Part shown: positions 54,387 to 64,000 of the stretch, piece by piece | How positions within the stretch are numbered: the first letter of the stretch is position 1 | Layout of the letters: every line of letters begins with the position of its first letter | Origin: an uncultured delta proteobacterium | Lineage (GTDB): Bacteria > Myxococcota > Myxococcia > Myxococcales > Myxococcaceae | NCBI GenBank assembly: GCA_963771175.1 | Contig: CAVYSY010000039.1 | Coordinates: 192,001 to 256,000 of the forward strand | Direction of reading: 5' to 3' | DNA length: 64,000 nucleotides | Translations under genes and position numbers: made by a program | Notes under the pieces: model-generated | The model's database searches: none | What the model saw: only the letters and a program-made list of their open reading frames with translations | What the model was told of the DNA's origin: nothing

Positions 54387-55073
54387 TCACTCGCCCGTCT
54401 CTTTGTCCACGCAGCGGCCGCGCAGGCACGTCTTGTCCGCGGTGCAGTGGGCATCCACCTCGCAGCACACGCTCAGGCAGGCGCAGCAGGCGGTGCCCTC
54501 GGGCGCGGTGCCGGCGAGGCACTCGGCGGACGCGACGCAGTTGGGCGGATCCACGCACACCACCGCCTTGGGCGCGTTCGACTCGCCGATGTACGAGACC
54601 GTGCCGTAGTAGGAGTCCACCACCTTGCGGCCCGGCTCTCCCATGTTGGTGTCGAAGTACTCGTAGACGCCCGGCTTCGGGAACTGGTAGCGCCAGTAGG
54701 AGTACGTCTCGTGGCTCTCGGTGCGGACGTTGTAGGGCTTCACCAGGTTGGGGCTGAAGAGCGCCGAGGGCGCCGACAGCGAGGTGACGTTGGTGGGCAC
54801 GTCGGCCTGGTAGTTGCGGAACTCGACGATCTGCCCCGGCCGCATGGACAGGCCCCCCGCCGGCTGGATGTCCGCGGGGTCGCTCACCACGTACTGCTGC
54901 CCGATGCACATGGGCGCGATGGTGCGGTAGCGGCCGGAGATGATGCGGTTCATGGACACGGAGATGCGGGGATCTCCCTTCGCCGAGTCCTGGACGGGCC
55001 GGAAGTCCTCGGGGACGGGGCCCTTGCAGGCGGCGAGCAGGAGCGCGAGGCAGGGAGCGAGACGGGCGCGCAT
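54387..55073 (-). CDS. Cupredoxin-like lipoprotein with Cys-rich tail
   Basis: LAAC lipobox; LSMRPGQIVEFRN, YQFPKPGVYEYFD; 11 Cys in the last ~60 aa. Confidence 0.6.
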   Translation of the reverse strand: MRARLAPCLALLLAACKGPVPEDFRPVQDSAKGDPRISVSMNRIISGRYRTIAPMCIGQQYVVSDPADIQPAGGLSMRPGQIVEFRNYQADVPTNVTSLSAPSALFSPNLVKPYNVRTESHETYSYWRYQFPKPGVYEYFDTNMGEPGRKVVDSYYGTVSYIGESNAPKAVVCVDPPNCVASAECLAGTAPEGTACCACLSVCCEVDAHCTADKTCLRGRCVDKETGE

Positions 55074-56565
55074 CAGAGGACCTTGTGCGGAGTGGCCGGC
55101 GGCGCGGGCCGGTAGTGGAAGAGGACGATGTCGTGGGCGTGCGAGCGCACGCGCCGGTCGCACGCGAAGCGCGAGACGGGCTCCAGGTGGGGCGCGAGCG
55201 CCTCGGCCCCGGGAGCGGTGGAGGTGACGTAGACGTCCGCCCCGGCGGCGGCCACGCGCTCCACCTCGCGGCGGAGCTGCTCGCCCGTGGCGGGACGGCC
55301 GGCGCGGTAGTGGGGCACGTAGTGCTCGAAGAGGCGGGCCTCCTCGCCGGTGAAGAGCAGCGTGCCGGCCGGGGGCAGCGTGCGGGACACGTGGGACACC
55401 AGGAGCGCCGCGGGCGCGGGCTCGGAGCCCTGGGCGAGCGCCACCGGCAGCATCACCGCCGCGGTGGTCGCGGCCAGCGCCCCGGCCAGGGGGAGGAGCA
55501 CCCGGGGGGCCCAGGCGCGGGCGAGGACCGCCACGCCCACCGCCACCAGCAGCGCCAGTGCGAACACCACCGGCAGGGCATGGCGCGCCTTGAGCAGGTT
55601 CTGCCCGAGGAACATCCACGCGCCATAGGGGACACCCAACGCCAGGGCGAGCCGCGCCACCCGGCGCTCACCGGAGGACAGCACACCGCGCAGCGCCGCG
55701 CGGACGAACGCCACCAGCGCGCCGGAGAAGCCCAGGGCCAGGAGGAAGCGCGCGACCCGCAGGGCCACGGAGTCACCGGCCGAGGCCGGGCCAGGGCAAC
55801 CCGAGGCCCGCGGCCACGATGTCGAACCCGAGGTGCTCCAGCCGCCAGCCGAGGCTCCGGGCGCACGGCGACGGTGCCGCCCCACTGGCCCGCGTGGCCC
55901 CCCAGGAAGCCCGAGCCGATGCGCAGCAACTCCGCCGGGCCCGTGAGGACCACCATCGGGAGCAGCCACACCAGCACGCCGAGCCCGCCACCCGCGAACG
56001 CCGCCAGCCGCCGACCGCGAGGGACCACCAGGGCCAGGCCCAGCAGCGCCGGGAGGAACGAGGGCCGGGCCCCGAGCGCCACGCCAGCCACGGCGCCCGC
56101 GAGCACCGCCGCCCGAGGCGCGGAGTCGCCAGCCGTCAGCACGGCGCAGGCCGTGAGAACCAGGAGCGCGAGGCCCGCCCCATCCGAGCCGGGGGTCGCG
56201 CCGAAGAGGACGGGAAGGGGCAGGAGCGCCAGCAGGGCCACGCCCACGAGCGCCCCGGCCGCCCCGAGGTACGGCCGCAGGACGAAGCCCAACAGGCCGA
56301 TGGCCACCGCCCCGAGCACGAGACCGGGAAGGGCCAGCGCGAGCACCTCGGGGGCACCAGCGGCCGAGGCCAGCCGGGCCATCGCGACATACACCGGGTA
56401 GCCCGGGAAGTGAGGAGCCTGGGCGGCCAGGTCGAACCCATGGAGGGCGCGCGCGAAGTTCACCGAGTCCAGGTCCGGCAGGAGCCGGGGCAACGCGAGC
56501 AGACGCGCCGCCACTCCGGCCACCCCCAGCAATGCGACGGAGCCAGCGAAGGCCCGGGGAGTCAT
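55073..56565 (-). CDS. GT-C/PMT-like multi-TM glycosyltransferase (frameshift near 55860)
   Basis: DLDSVNFA, PHFPGYPVY, GARP, KARHALP; many TM helices. Confidence 0.7.
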
Positions 56566-56601
56566 CGTCCCCTGCCCCGCTTCTGGCGCGCCATCTGCTG
56601 G

Positions 56602-56632
56602 GTGAATGATTTTGAAAGTCATTCTCAATAAC
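56602..56632. promoter_or_regulatory. Fur-box-like site between divergent transcription units
   Basis: GATTTTGAAAGTCATTCTC (56608-56626) matches 14/19 of GATAATGATAATCATTATC; AT-rich island in GC-rich DNA. Confidence 0.7.
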
Positions 56633-56726
56633 CCGGAATGGTTGGAATACTACGCCCACGACATAGGGTCAAGCCGAGGTCGAGGCTGGCGCGCCTGGGT
56701 CATCCATGGGACAGAGGGCGGCCATC

Positions 56727-57741
56727 ATGATGATGAGTGCCCTGCTGGTGGTCCTGGCCGCAGCACCCGCTCCACAGGTCCGCACCGAGACGCGTCCGAT
56801 GATGGGGACGACGGTGACGGTGACGCTGGTGGGAGGCACGCCCGAGAAGGCGCGAGAGGGCTTCGACGCGGCCTTCGGGGCCTTCGAGCGCGTCAACCAG
56901 GTGATGAACGAGTGGCGCCCGGACAGCGAGCTGTCGGCGGTGAACCGCAAGGCGGGAGACGGGGAGCTGGTGGCGATTCCCGAGGACCTGTGCGCGGCGC
57001 TGAGGCGCGGGGTGCAGGGGGCGGAGCAGACGGGAGGGCTCTTCGACCCGACATGGGCGGCACTGCGAGGCATGTGGCGCTTCGGGACGGACCTGACCCC
57101 TGCCCTGCCGGACCCGGCGGAGCTGAAGAAGCGGTGCGAACTCATCTCGTACAAGGATCTGGAGTTCGCCCCGGCGGGAGACGGTGGCGAGCCCGGGTGC
57201 AAGGTGCGGCTGAAGCGAGCGGGGATGCAGCTCGGGCTGGGAGGGCTGGCGAAGGGCTGGGGCGTGGACGAGGCGGTGAAGAAGCTGCGAGGGCTGGGCT
57301 TCAAGAACTTCTTCGTGCAGGCCGGGGGAGACTTCTACGCGGGGGGGAAGAAGGCGGGCCGACCGTGGAAGGTGGGGATCCGGGATCCGCGAGGCGAGCG
57401 GGACAGCGTGTTCGCGGTGCTCGAGGTCTCCGACGCGGCCTTCTCGACGAGCGGCGACTACGAGAACTTCTTCATCCTGGAGGGCAAGCGCTACCACCAC
57501 ATCATCGATCCGCAGGACGTGCTACCCGGCGACGGCGTCACGCTCGGCGACGATCCTCGCGCCGAGCGCGGTGGACGCGGAGGTGCTGACGAAGTCCGTG
57601 TTCATCCTCGGAGCCAAGGAGGGACTGGCGCTCGCGGAGAAGCACGGTGCCTCCGCCGTGGTGGTGACGGCGGACAACCAGGTGGTGGTGTCACCCAAGC
57701 TGGAAAAAAAGCTGAAGCGGCTGAGGTCCCCAAACCCGTGA
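56727..57741 (+). CDS. apbE: FAD:protein FMN transferase (frameshift near 57520)
   Basis: MMGT, SELSAVN, GLFDPT, LGGLAKGWGVD, AGGD, STSGDYE, YHHIIDP. Confidence 0.92.
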
Positions 57742-57850
57742 ATATGGTCAGATGAACCCGCTCTGGAAAGGCGACTGCTATGCCTGCTTTCGGCTGTGCG
57801 AGGGCCAGCGCCAGTGGCCATTTCACCTATGTAAACCGCGAACATAACGC

Positions 57851-58222
57851 ATGAACGAAGAAACAGATTGGGAAGAGGTACGAGCGTTAGCGGAACAGAT
57901 TGAGCGGGGCCAACCGCTCGAACTCACTGTGTCTGTGTGCGATCTCTTGCGGCGTGCAGCCCGACAAGTGGCTCTGTCCGATGATGACGCGGCACAGGGC
58001 ATCCGCTCTCCCTCGGATGCAGCAACCCTCGTGGCGAAGATTTCTCGGAGAATCCGCGTCGGCTCTCGGCGTTTGTCCCGCGCCATCGTGGATGCCAGCC
58101 GTCTTCAGGACGCCGGGGATATACAGGGCGCACGGAAGTTGTTCGAAAACGTGCTGGCCGTCGAGGTCGTGCCGCTGTACCGGGAGATTGCTCAAACGCA
58201 GTTGAATGCGTTGGAGGAGTAG
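57851..58222 (+). CDS. Myxobacterial DUSAM-like domain protein
   Basis: DWEEVRAL, RRIRVGSRRL, VLAVEVVPLYREIA. Confidence 0.75.
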   Translation: MNEETDWEEVRALAEQIERGQPLELTVSVCDLLRRAARQVALSDDDAAQGIRSPSDAATLVAKISRRIRVGSRRLSRAIVDASRLQDAGDIQGARKLFENVLAVEVVPLYREIAQTQLNALEE

Positions 58223-58229
58223 AGCGGCC

Positions 58230-59782
58230 CTAATCAAAGAGACCCTGCAGGTAGAAGCGCCCGTCCCGCGCGTCCCTGAACACCCACACCGACCCCAGCC
58301 CTTCGAGGTGCAGGCGGTAGTAGTCGCGGCTGTAGGGCTCGGGCGCCCACCAGTCTCCGCTCAGCGCTCGGGCCCCGTGAGCGCCGACCACGCGGCGCCG
58401 CGCGCCCTGGAGGCGTGCGGAGCGCAGCTCCCCCTCCGGGCCCATCTCCACGTCCAGCGGCGTGGGCACGGCACGAGCACGGCTGGGGCGCTCCTGCTTC
58501 GCGTCCCCGGGGGCCGCAGTCGTCTGCCCACTTCCCTCACCCTTTCCCTCTCCCAGAGGGAGAGGGGACTGGAGCGCGAGCTCCGCCTCCAGTCCTCGAC
58601 TCTGACGTGGCGGACGGAAGGCTCCGCGCCACATACGCCTGCTCGGGCCGGTGCACCCCCTGCACCGCCGCGACGAAGAGCGCGTCCTCCCCCAGCGCCG
58701 TCGCGAGCCGCGAGAGCACCACCTCCAGCGCCGCGTCCCCCTGCGGGCCCGTCCCCCAGCGACAGCTGCTGCCCCGGGTCCTCGCAGTCCTCCTCCACCC
58801 GCGCGATCAGCCCCGCCACCGGCCGCTCCAGCCGCAGGTTCTCGACAGCGGTGCCGCGCGAGATCCAGCAGCAGCCGCGCCTGCGCGCTGGGCCGCGCGA
58901 GCGTCAGCGGCAGCACCGCCTTGCCTCCCGGGTCCAGCTGCAGCGTCGAAGCGCAGCCGCACCGCCGCGCGCCGCCGCCCGCCAGCCGCCCGCGCAGTGC
59001 GGTCCAGCACCGTCTTGAGCGCGAACTGCAGCGGCTCGAAGCGACTCGGCCGGGAAGTCCAGCGCCAGCCGCTCCTCCAGCACCTCCTCCAGCGCCTCGG
59101 CGACGAAGGGCGTGTCGTCCCCGCCCCGGCAGCGCGCGTGCGCCCGCAGCCCACCGCGCCACCTCGCGCCGTCACCGCCCCCACGGGCAGCGCCGCCACC
59201 TCGCCCAGCGTGGTGAGCCCGAGCGCCGCGAAGGCCGCCCGCGCCGGGCCCTCCAGCGCCCACAGCGGCAGCGGCGCCAGCGCGCGCGCCCCCTCGCCGC
59301 CGGCACCACCTCCTCCGCCGGCCCCCGTGCCTCGCCAGCGCCCGCGCGGTGAAGGCCTCCGAGGCCACCACCACCGCCCCCGCGGCAGCCGTGCTCCGAG
59401 CACAGCGCCAGCACCCTTCGCGCCAGCCCCTCCTCCCCGCCCACGAGCGGCGCCGCACTCGCGTCCAGCCACAGCCCGTCCGGCGCGCGAGAGCTCGAAG
59501 CCCGGCGCCAGCGCGATCAGCGTCTCGCCCAGCCCACCAGCGCCCGCCACTCTCCTCCTCGGGCCGGTACGGGAAGGGCCCAGCGAGGGCACCATCGCGC
59601 TCGCCGCCGTCAGCGTCATCCCCGGCCGCACGCCGGCGCTCAGCGCGCGCTGGAGGCGCCCGCGATCCGCCGCTGGCCGCGCACCTCCTCGATCAAGGCG
59701 AAGGGCCTGCCCGCGAGCACCGGCAGCTCGAGCACCTGGCGCTGACCGGGAAGCGCGGGAGGTGCAGATAGGCGCGGCGCAT
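58230..59782 (-). CDS. imuB: ImuB Y-family polymerase-like protein (heavily frameshifted)
   Basis: MRRAYLHLPRFPV, VRPGMTL, LGLTTLGEV, EPLQFALKTVLDR, ALSGDWW, RDYYR, FYLQGLFD. Confidence 0.85.
58534..58568. repeat. REP-like palindromic element inside imuB
   Basis: CCCTCACCCTTTCCCTCTCCCAGAGGGAGAGGGGA; degenerate copy near 47870-47904. Confidence 0.6.
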
Positions 59783-59784
59783 CA

Positions 59785-60682
59785 CGGCAGTCCGTTCCCC
59801 TCCCCTCGCCTCGAGTGCAGGGGCCCGAGCCCGCGTCCGAGGCTCGCGCGCAGCGACGGCATGGCAGCGTCCCGTCCCGGACGCTGCGCCAGGATTCCGC
59901 GTGGCCGTCACGCGGCGCCTGCGCGCTCGCGGCGCAGCTCCGGCACGCGTCGCGTCCTCGGCCGGGAGCAGCTCCGCCCGCCACGGCGTCTCCCGACTCG
60001 CGCCAGCTCCGGGTAGAGCGCCGCGCCAGGGCACCAGCGCTCGCAGCCGATTCCACCCTGCCGGCTGCGCACCACCTCCACCGAGAGCCCCTCGTCTCCG
60101 CGCGCCCGGTGCGCACGCGCATCATCCCGTCCCCCGGCGCCTCCGGCGCCGTGAGCAGCAGCAGCAGGGTCCGCCCCGCGCACCGCCGCCTCCTCGAGCC
60201 GCTTGCCCTCCGCGGGGACAGCCGCACCCCGCCCTCGCCCTTCCGTTCCCGGCGGGGCCCGCGTCAGATCCAGCACCACGCACGCGAACGCCCCGCTGCG
60301 CACGAGCTGCACCGCCGACCACGCGAGCTGCTCGGCCGTCTTGGGCCGCACGATCAGCAGTCGCGGAAGGATCCACCCCCGCGGCCATCGCCGCTGGCGG
60401 GTAGAGCTCCCACGGGCCGTCCACGTACGCGCACAGCCGCCCTCCCGGTGCGCCGACGCCCACCGCCCTCAGCGCCAGGCTGGTCCGCCGCGAGGCCGCC
60501 TCCCCCCACAGCTCCACCACCTGCCCCAGCGGCAGCCCCCCGGCCGGCAGCAGCTCGTCGAAGGCGCTCCACCCCCGTGCGCAGGGTCGCCAGGTAGCTT
60601 CCGCGGCGCCGCCTGCAGCCGGCGGATGCGCTCGCGCAGCTGCTCCACCGTCGCCGACATCTGTCTCCGCCGTCGCACTCAT
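59785..60682 (-). CDS. imuA: ImuA RecA-like protein (frameshifted; 3' end approximate)
   Basis: VEQLRERIRRLQAAPR, GGLPLGQVVELWGEAAS, AYVDGP.ELYPP, RSGAFACVVLD. Confidence 0.8.
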
Positions 60683-60706
60683 TACGTCCCTCGTCCGGCA
60701 CAGGAC

Positions 60707-60723
60707 CTGAAACGCACGTTCAG
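60707..60723. promoter_or_regulatory. LexA-box-like site upstream of imuA
   Basis: CTGAAACGCACGTTCAG; removing one A gives the palindrome CTGAAC-N4-GTTCAG. Confidence 0.6.
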
Positions 60724-60869
60724 TATGGCAAGAGCGGTCTGACATACGCCAGGAAATGTCGCCTGGTGGGCAGGCAAGCTGCCCTTTTGGGCAGCTCGGG
60801 GCTACGGGCACGTAGGGAGGACTACATCCCCCCACCCCAATCCCCTCCTGTTATGACGCCGCCGAAGCG

Positions 60870-62083
60870 TCAGCCCGCGCAGAGCAGGCTTGACCTGGAG
60901 CTTCTGGTCGGTGGCCCGACGCGGGCACGCGGACTGGAAGTACAGGCGCGCCGAGCGGCCCTCCGCCGCCGGCTCGTAGGACAGGTCGCCGCCCGCCACG
61001 CTACAGGTCTGTACCGTGCCGTCCTCCCGCGTCACCTCCACCCGGACCAGCAGCGGGTCCGGCAGGTTCACCACCTCGATGCTCTGCGCCGTCGTGGCCA
61101 GGGTGGCGATGGACACCAGCGTGTCCCGGAAGCTCGCCCGGCAGATGGAGTCCAGGTTCAGCAGGCCCGTGTCGAACCGCAGCGCCATCTCCCGCTGGCG
61201 GTAGCCCGGCCCGTACGAGGTCGGGCAATCCACGTTGCGCACGAACGTCCCCTGGGGAGTCGTGTCCTGCACCGCCTGGGCCCGCTTGTCCGTCAGTGCC
61301 ACCGGGCCGATCGTCGCCCACAGCACCTCCCGCGTCGTCCCCGTCCCGTCCTCCAGGTTCCGGAAGAGGCGCACGTAGTCCTCCACCGGCGTCAACAGGT
61401 CCGACTGCTCGCTGCACACGTCAACCGACGTGTCCTCCGTCAGGCGGACCGGCGGCGGCCGCTCGGTGGAGCTGCAGTCCTCCTCGTCCGAGACCACCAC
61501 CACCAGCAGCCGGGCCCCGTCCCGCAGGAAGCCGCCGTTGCCCCCGTCTCCAATGGCCGTGGTGGACAGCGGAGACGTCACCGCCAGCCGGACCGCCTCG
61601 AAGGGGGACTCCTGGCCGCTGCCACTGGTGCCGCGCTGCACCAGCCGGCGGAACTTCCCCAGCAGCTCCGGGTCTCCCGAGTCGATGAAGCGCTCGGCCG
61701 AGGGGCGTCCCAGCTCGTCCGGCACCGGCTGCAGTTTGCCGGCCTGGTCGGGAAAATAAGCGATGTCCGTCTTTGTTATCGAAAAACGCGCGCTGGTACA
61801 CCGTCGTGGTGATGACCCCGACCCGGAAGTCCTGCTCCACCCCGTTCCCCCGCCGCAGCTCGTCGATGAAGGCGGGCAACTCGGTGGCGATGGCCGCCTG
61901 CTCCTCGGCCATGGAGCCAGAGTTGTCGATGACGAAGAGGATGTCCGTCTTCTGGGCCGAGATGAGCGGGGCCTCCTCCTGGCACCGGCCGGGCAACGTG
62001 GAGCCGGGCTCCTCCACGGGGGAATGGCAGGCCGCCCCCCACAGGGCGAGGGCCAGCAGCGCGCTCGAGCGGATGGGATGCAT
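60870..62083 (-). CDS. vWA-domain lipoprotein (frameshifted)
   Basis: GAAC lipobox; DILFVIDNSGSM MIDAS motif; FRVGVITT; VVVSDEEDCS. Confidence 0.8.
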
Positions 62084-62204
62084 CAAGGGGTTCTCCTGAG
62101 GAACGCGGCGCAACCGGGTGCGCGGATACGGCGTAACAAAGGTGGAGCAGCAACATGCCCCACCCAGGCAGTATGTGCGAGCAACCGTCCGGAGTTCCAA
62201 CCGT

Positions 62205-62221
62205 CTGGCACCCGACTGGCT
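62205..62221 (+). promoter_or_regulatory. Sigma54-like promoter upstream of lon
   Basis: CTGGCACCCGACTGGCT (-24 GG / -12 GC spacing). Confidence 0.55.
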
Positions 62222-62359
62222 CCAGGAAAAACGCAGGTCGCGTTTGCCATGTCCGTTTTGGTTGCTACGTTGAGTCAACTTTCACAGAAGATCGACAACG
62301 AAGTAGTTCAACCAGCCTGGACGCTGTCCGACCGGGCTGGAAACCGAGGCATCGACTAC

Positions 62360-64000
62360 ATGTCCGACGAGAAGAAGAAGGGCGGATCCGCAGCAGCCAT
62401 GCCGGCCGCCATGGCACCCCCGGGGATGATCAACAAGGAGGACATTCCGCAGGTCCTTCCGATCCTCCCCCTGCGCAACTCGGTGTTCTTCCCGGGCGGC
62501 GTGCTTCCGCTCGCGGTGGGCCGCCAGAAGACGATCGCGCTCATCAAGGACGCGGTGCGTGACGACCAGGTGATCGGCGTGGTCACCCAGCGCCGGGCCG
62601 AGGAAGAGGATCCGGGCGCGTCCGACCTCTACTCGATGGGCACCGTCGCCCGCATCGTGAAGCTCCTGAAGATGGGCGAGGACAACTACTCGCTCGTCGT
62701 CCAGGGCCTGGCGCGCTTCCGCGTCATGGATCTGGTGCAGGAGGCCCCCTACCTCAAGGCCCGCGTGGACGCCGTGGAGGACAAGACCTCGGCGGAGAAC
62801 GTCGAGGTCGAGGCCCTGGGCATCAACCTCAAGAAGCTGGCCCGCGAGGTCATCGAGCTGATGCCGGAGCTGCCGGCCGCGGCCACCGAGCTGGTCGAGT
62901 CGCATCACGCATCCGGGTCACCTCGCGGACCTGATCGCCGCCAACGTGGACGTGCCCATCGAGGAGAAGCAGGCCGTCCTCGAGACGGTGGATCTCAAGG
63001 CGCGCATGAAGCTGGTGCTCGAGCTGCTCAACCGCAAGCGCGAGATCCTCAAGCTCTCCAACAAGATCGACTCCGCCGTGAAGGGCGAGATGTCGAAGAC
63101 CCAGCGCGAGTACTACCTGCGCCAGCAGCTCAAGGCGATCAAGGAAGAGCTCGGCGAGATGGGCGAGGAGGAGGAGGAGCTCGACGAGCTGCAGGAGCGC
63201 CTGAAGAAGGCCGGCCTGCCGCCCGACGTGGAGAAGGTCGCCAACAAGGAGCTCAACCGCCTGAAGACGATTCCGGCGGCCTCCAGCGAGTACACCGTCG
63301 CGCGCACCTACCTCGATTGGATCGCCGACCTGCCCTGGGCCAAGCTCAGCGAGGACAACCTCGACATCGAGAACGCCCGGCAGACGCTCGACAAGGACCA
63401 CTACGGCATCAAGAAGGTGAAGAAGCGCATCCTGGAGTACCTGGCGGTGCGCAAGCTCAAGAACGACATGCGTGGGCCCATCCTCTGCCTGGTGGGGCCG
63501 CCGGGCGTCGGCAAGACGTCGCTGGGTCAGAGCATCGCCAAGGCGGTGGGCCGCAAGTTCGTGCGCCTGTCGCTCGGCGGCGTGCGTGACGAGGCGGAGA
63601 TCCGTGGCCACCGGCGCACCTACGTCGGCGCGCTGCCGGGCCGGTTCATCCAGAGCATGAAGAAGGCCGGGACGAAGAACCCGGTGATGATGCTCGACGA
63701 GATCGACAAGCTCGGCGCGGACTTCCGCGGCGACCCGAGCGCCGCGCTGCTCGAGGTGCTGGATCCGGAGCAGAACAACAGCGTTCAGCGACCACTACCT
63801 GGACGTGGCGTTCGACCTGTCCAAGGTGCTCTTCATCGCCACGGCGAACCAGCTGGATCCGATCCCTGGGCCGCTCCGTGACCGCATGGAGATCATCGAG
63901 CTGTCCGGCTACACCTTCGAGGAGAAGCAGAGCATCGCGCGCATCCACCTGGTGCCCAAGCAGCTCAAGGAGCACGGGTTGAGCGAGGACCACATCACCA
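62360..64000 (+). CDS. lonD: ATP-dependent Lon protease (LonD/BsgA type), truncated; frameshifts near 62900 and 63785
   Basis: MSDEKKKG...[47 protein letters not shown]. Confidence 0.93.

Overview
GC-rich myxobacterial (Cystobacterineae-like) chromosomal segment. It ends in lonD/bsgA and contains the split dnaE2 ... imuB-imuA mutagenesis cassette. Many genes carry single-base frameshifts in dense patches, most likely long-read consensus errors. Highlights: (1) A 2.87-kb large-serine-recombinase element (21944-24810) sits inside a SitA5-type lipoprotein toxin gene. Excision at a shared GG dinucleotide would restore the toxin in frame. The same event would join an ATG and RBS at the element's right end in frame to the start-less DUF5372-like first gene at its left end, suggesting an excision-activated two-way switch. 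(2) A ~11-kb locus with a Fur-like box couples ApbE flavinylation, an FMN-binding protein, a porin, FEA1-like and cupredoxin-like lipoproteins with a lipid-linked glycosylation module. (3) A standalone secreted Ntox16-like toxin lies next to a candidate immunity gene. (4) An SPFH/NAD-kinase-like operon has tandem NrtR-type boxes. (5) There is a eukaryote-like alkaline ceramidase. All family names come from motif recognition by eye; no database searches were run.
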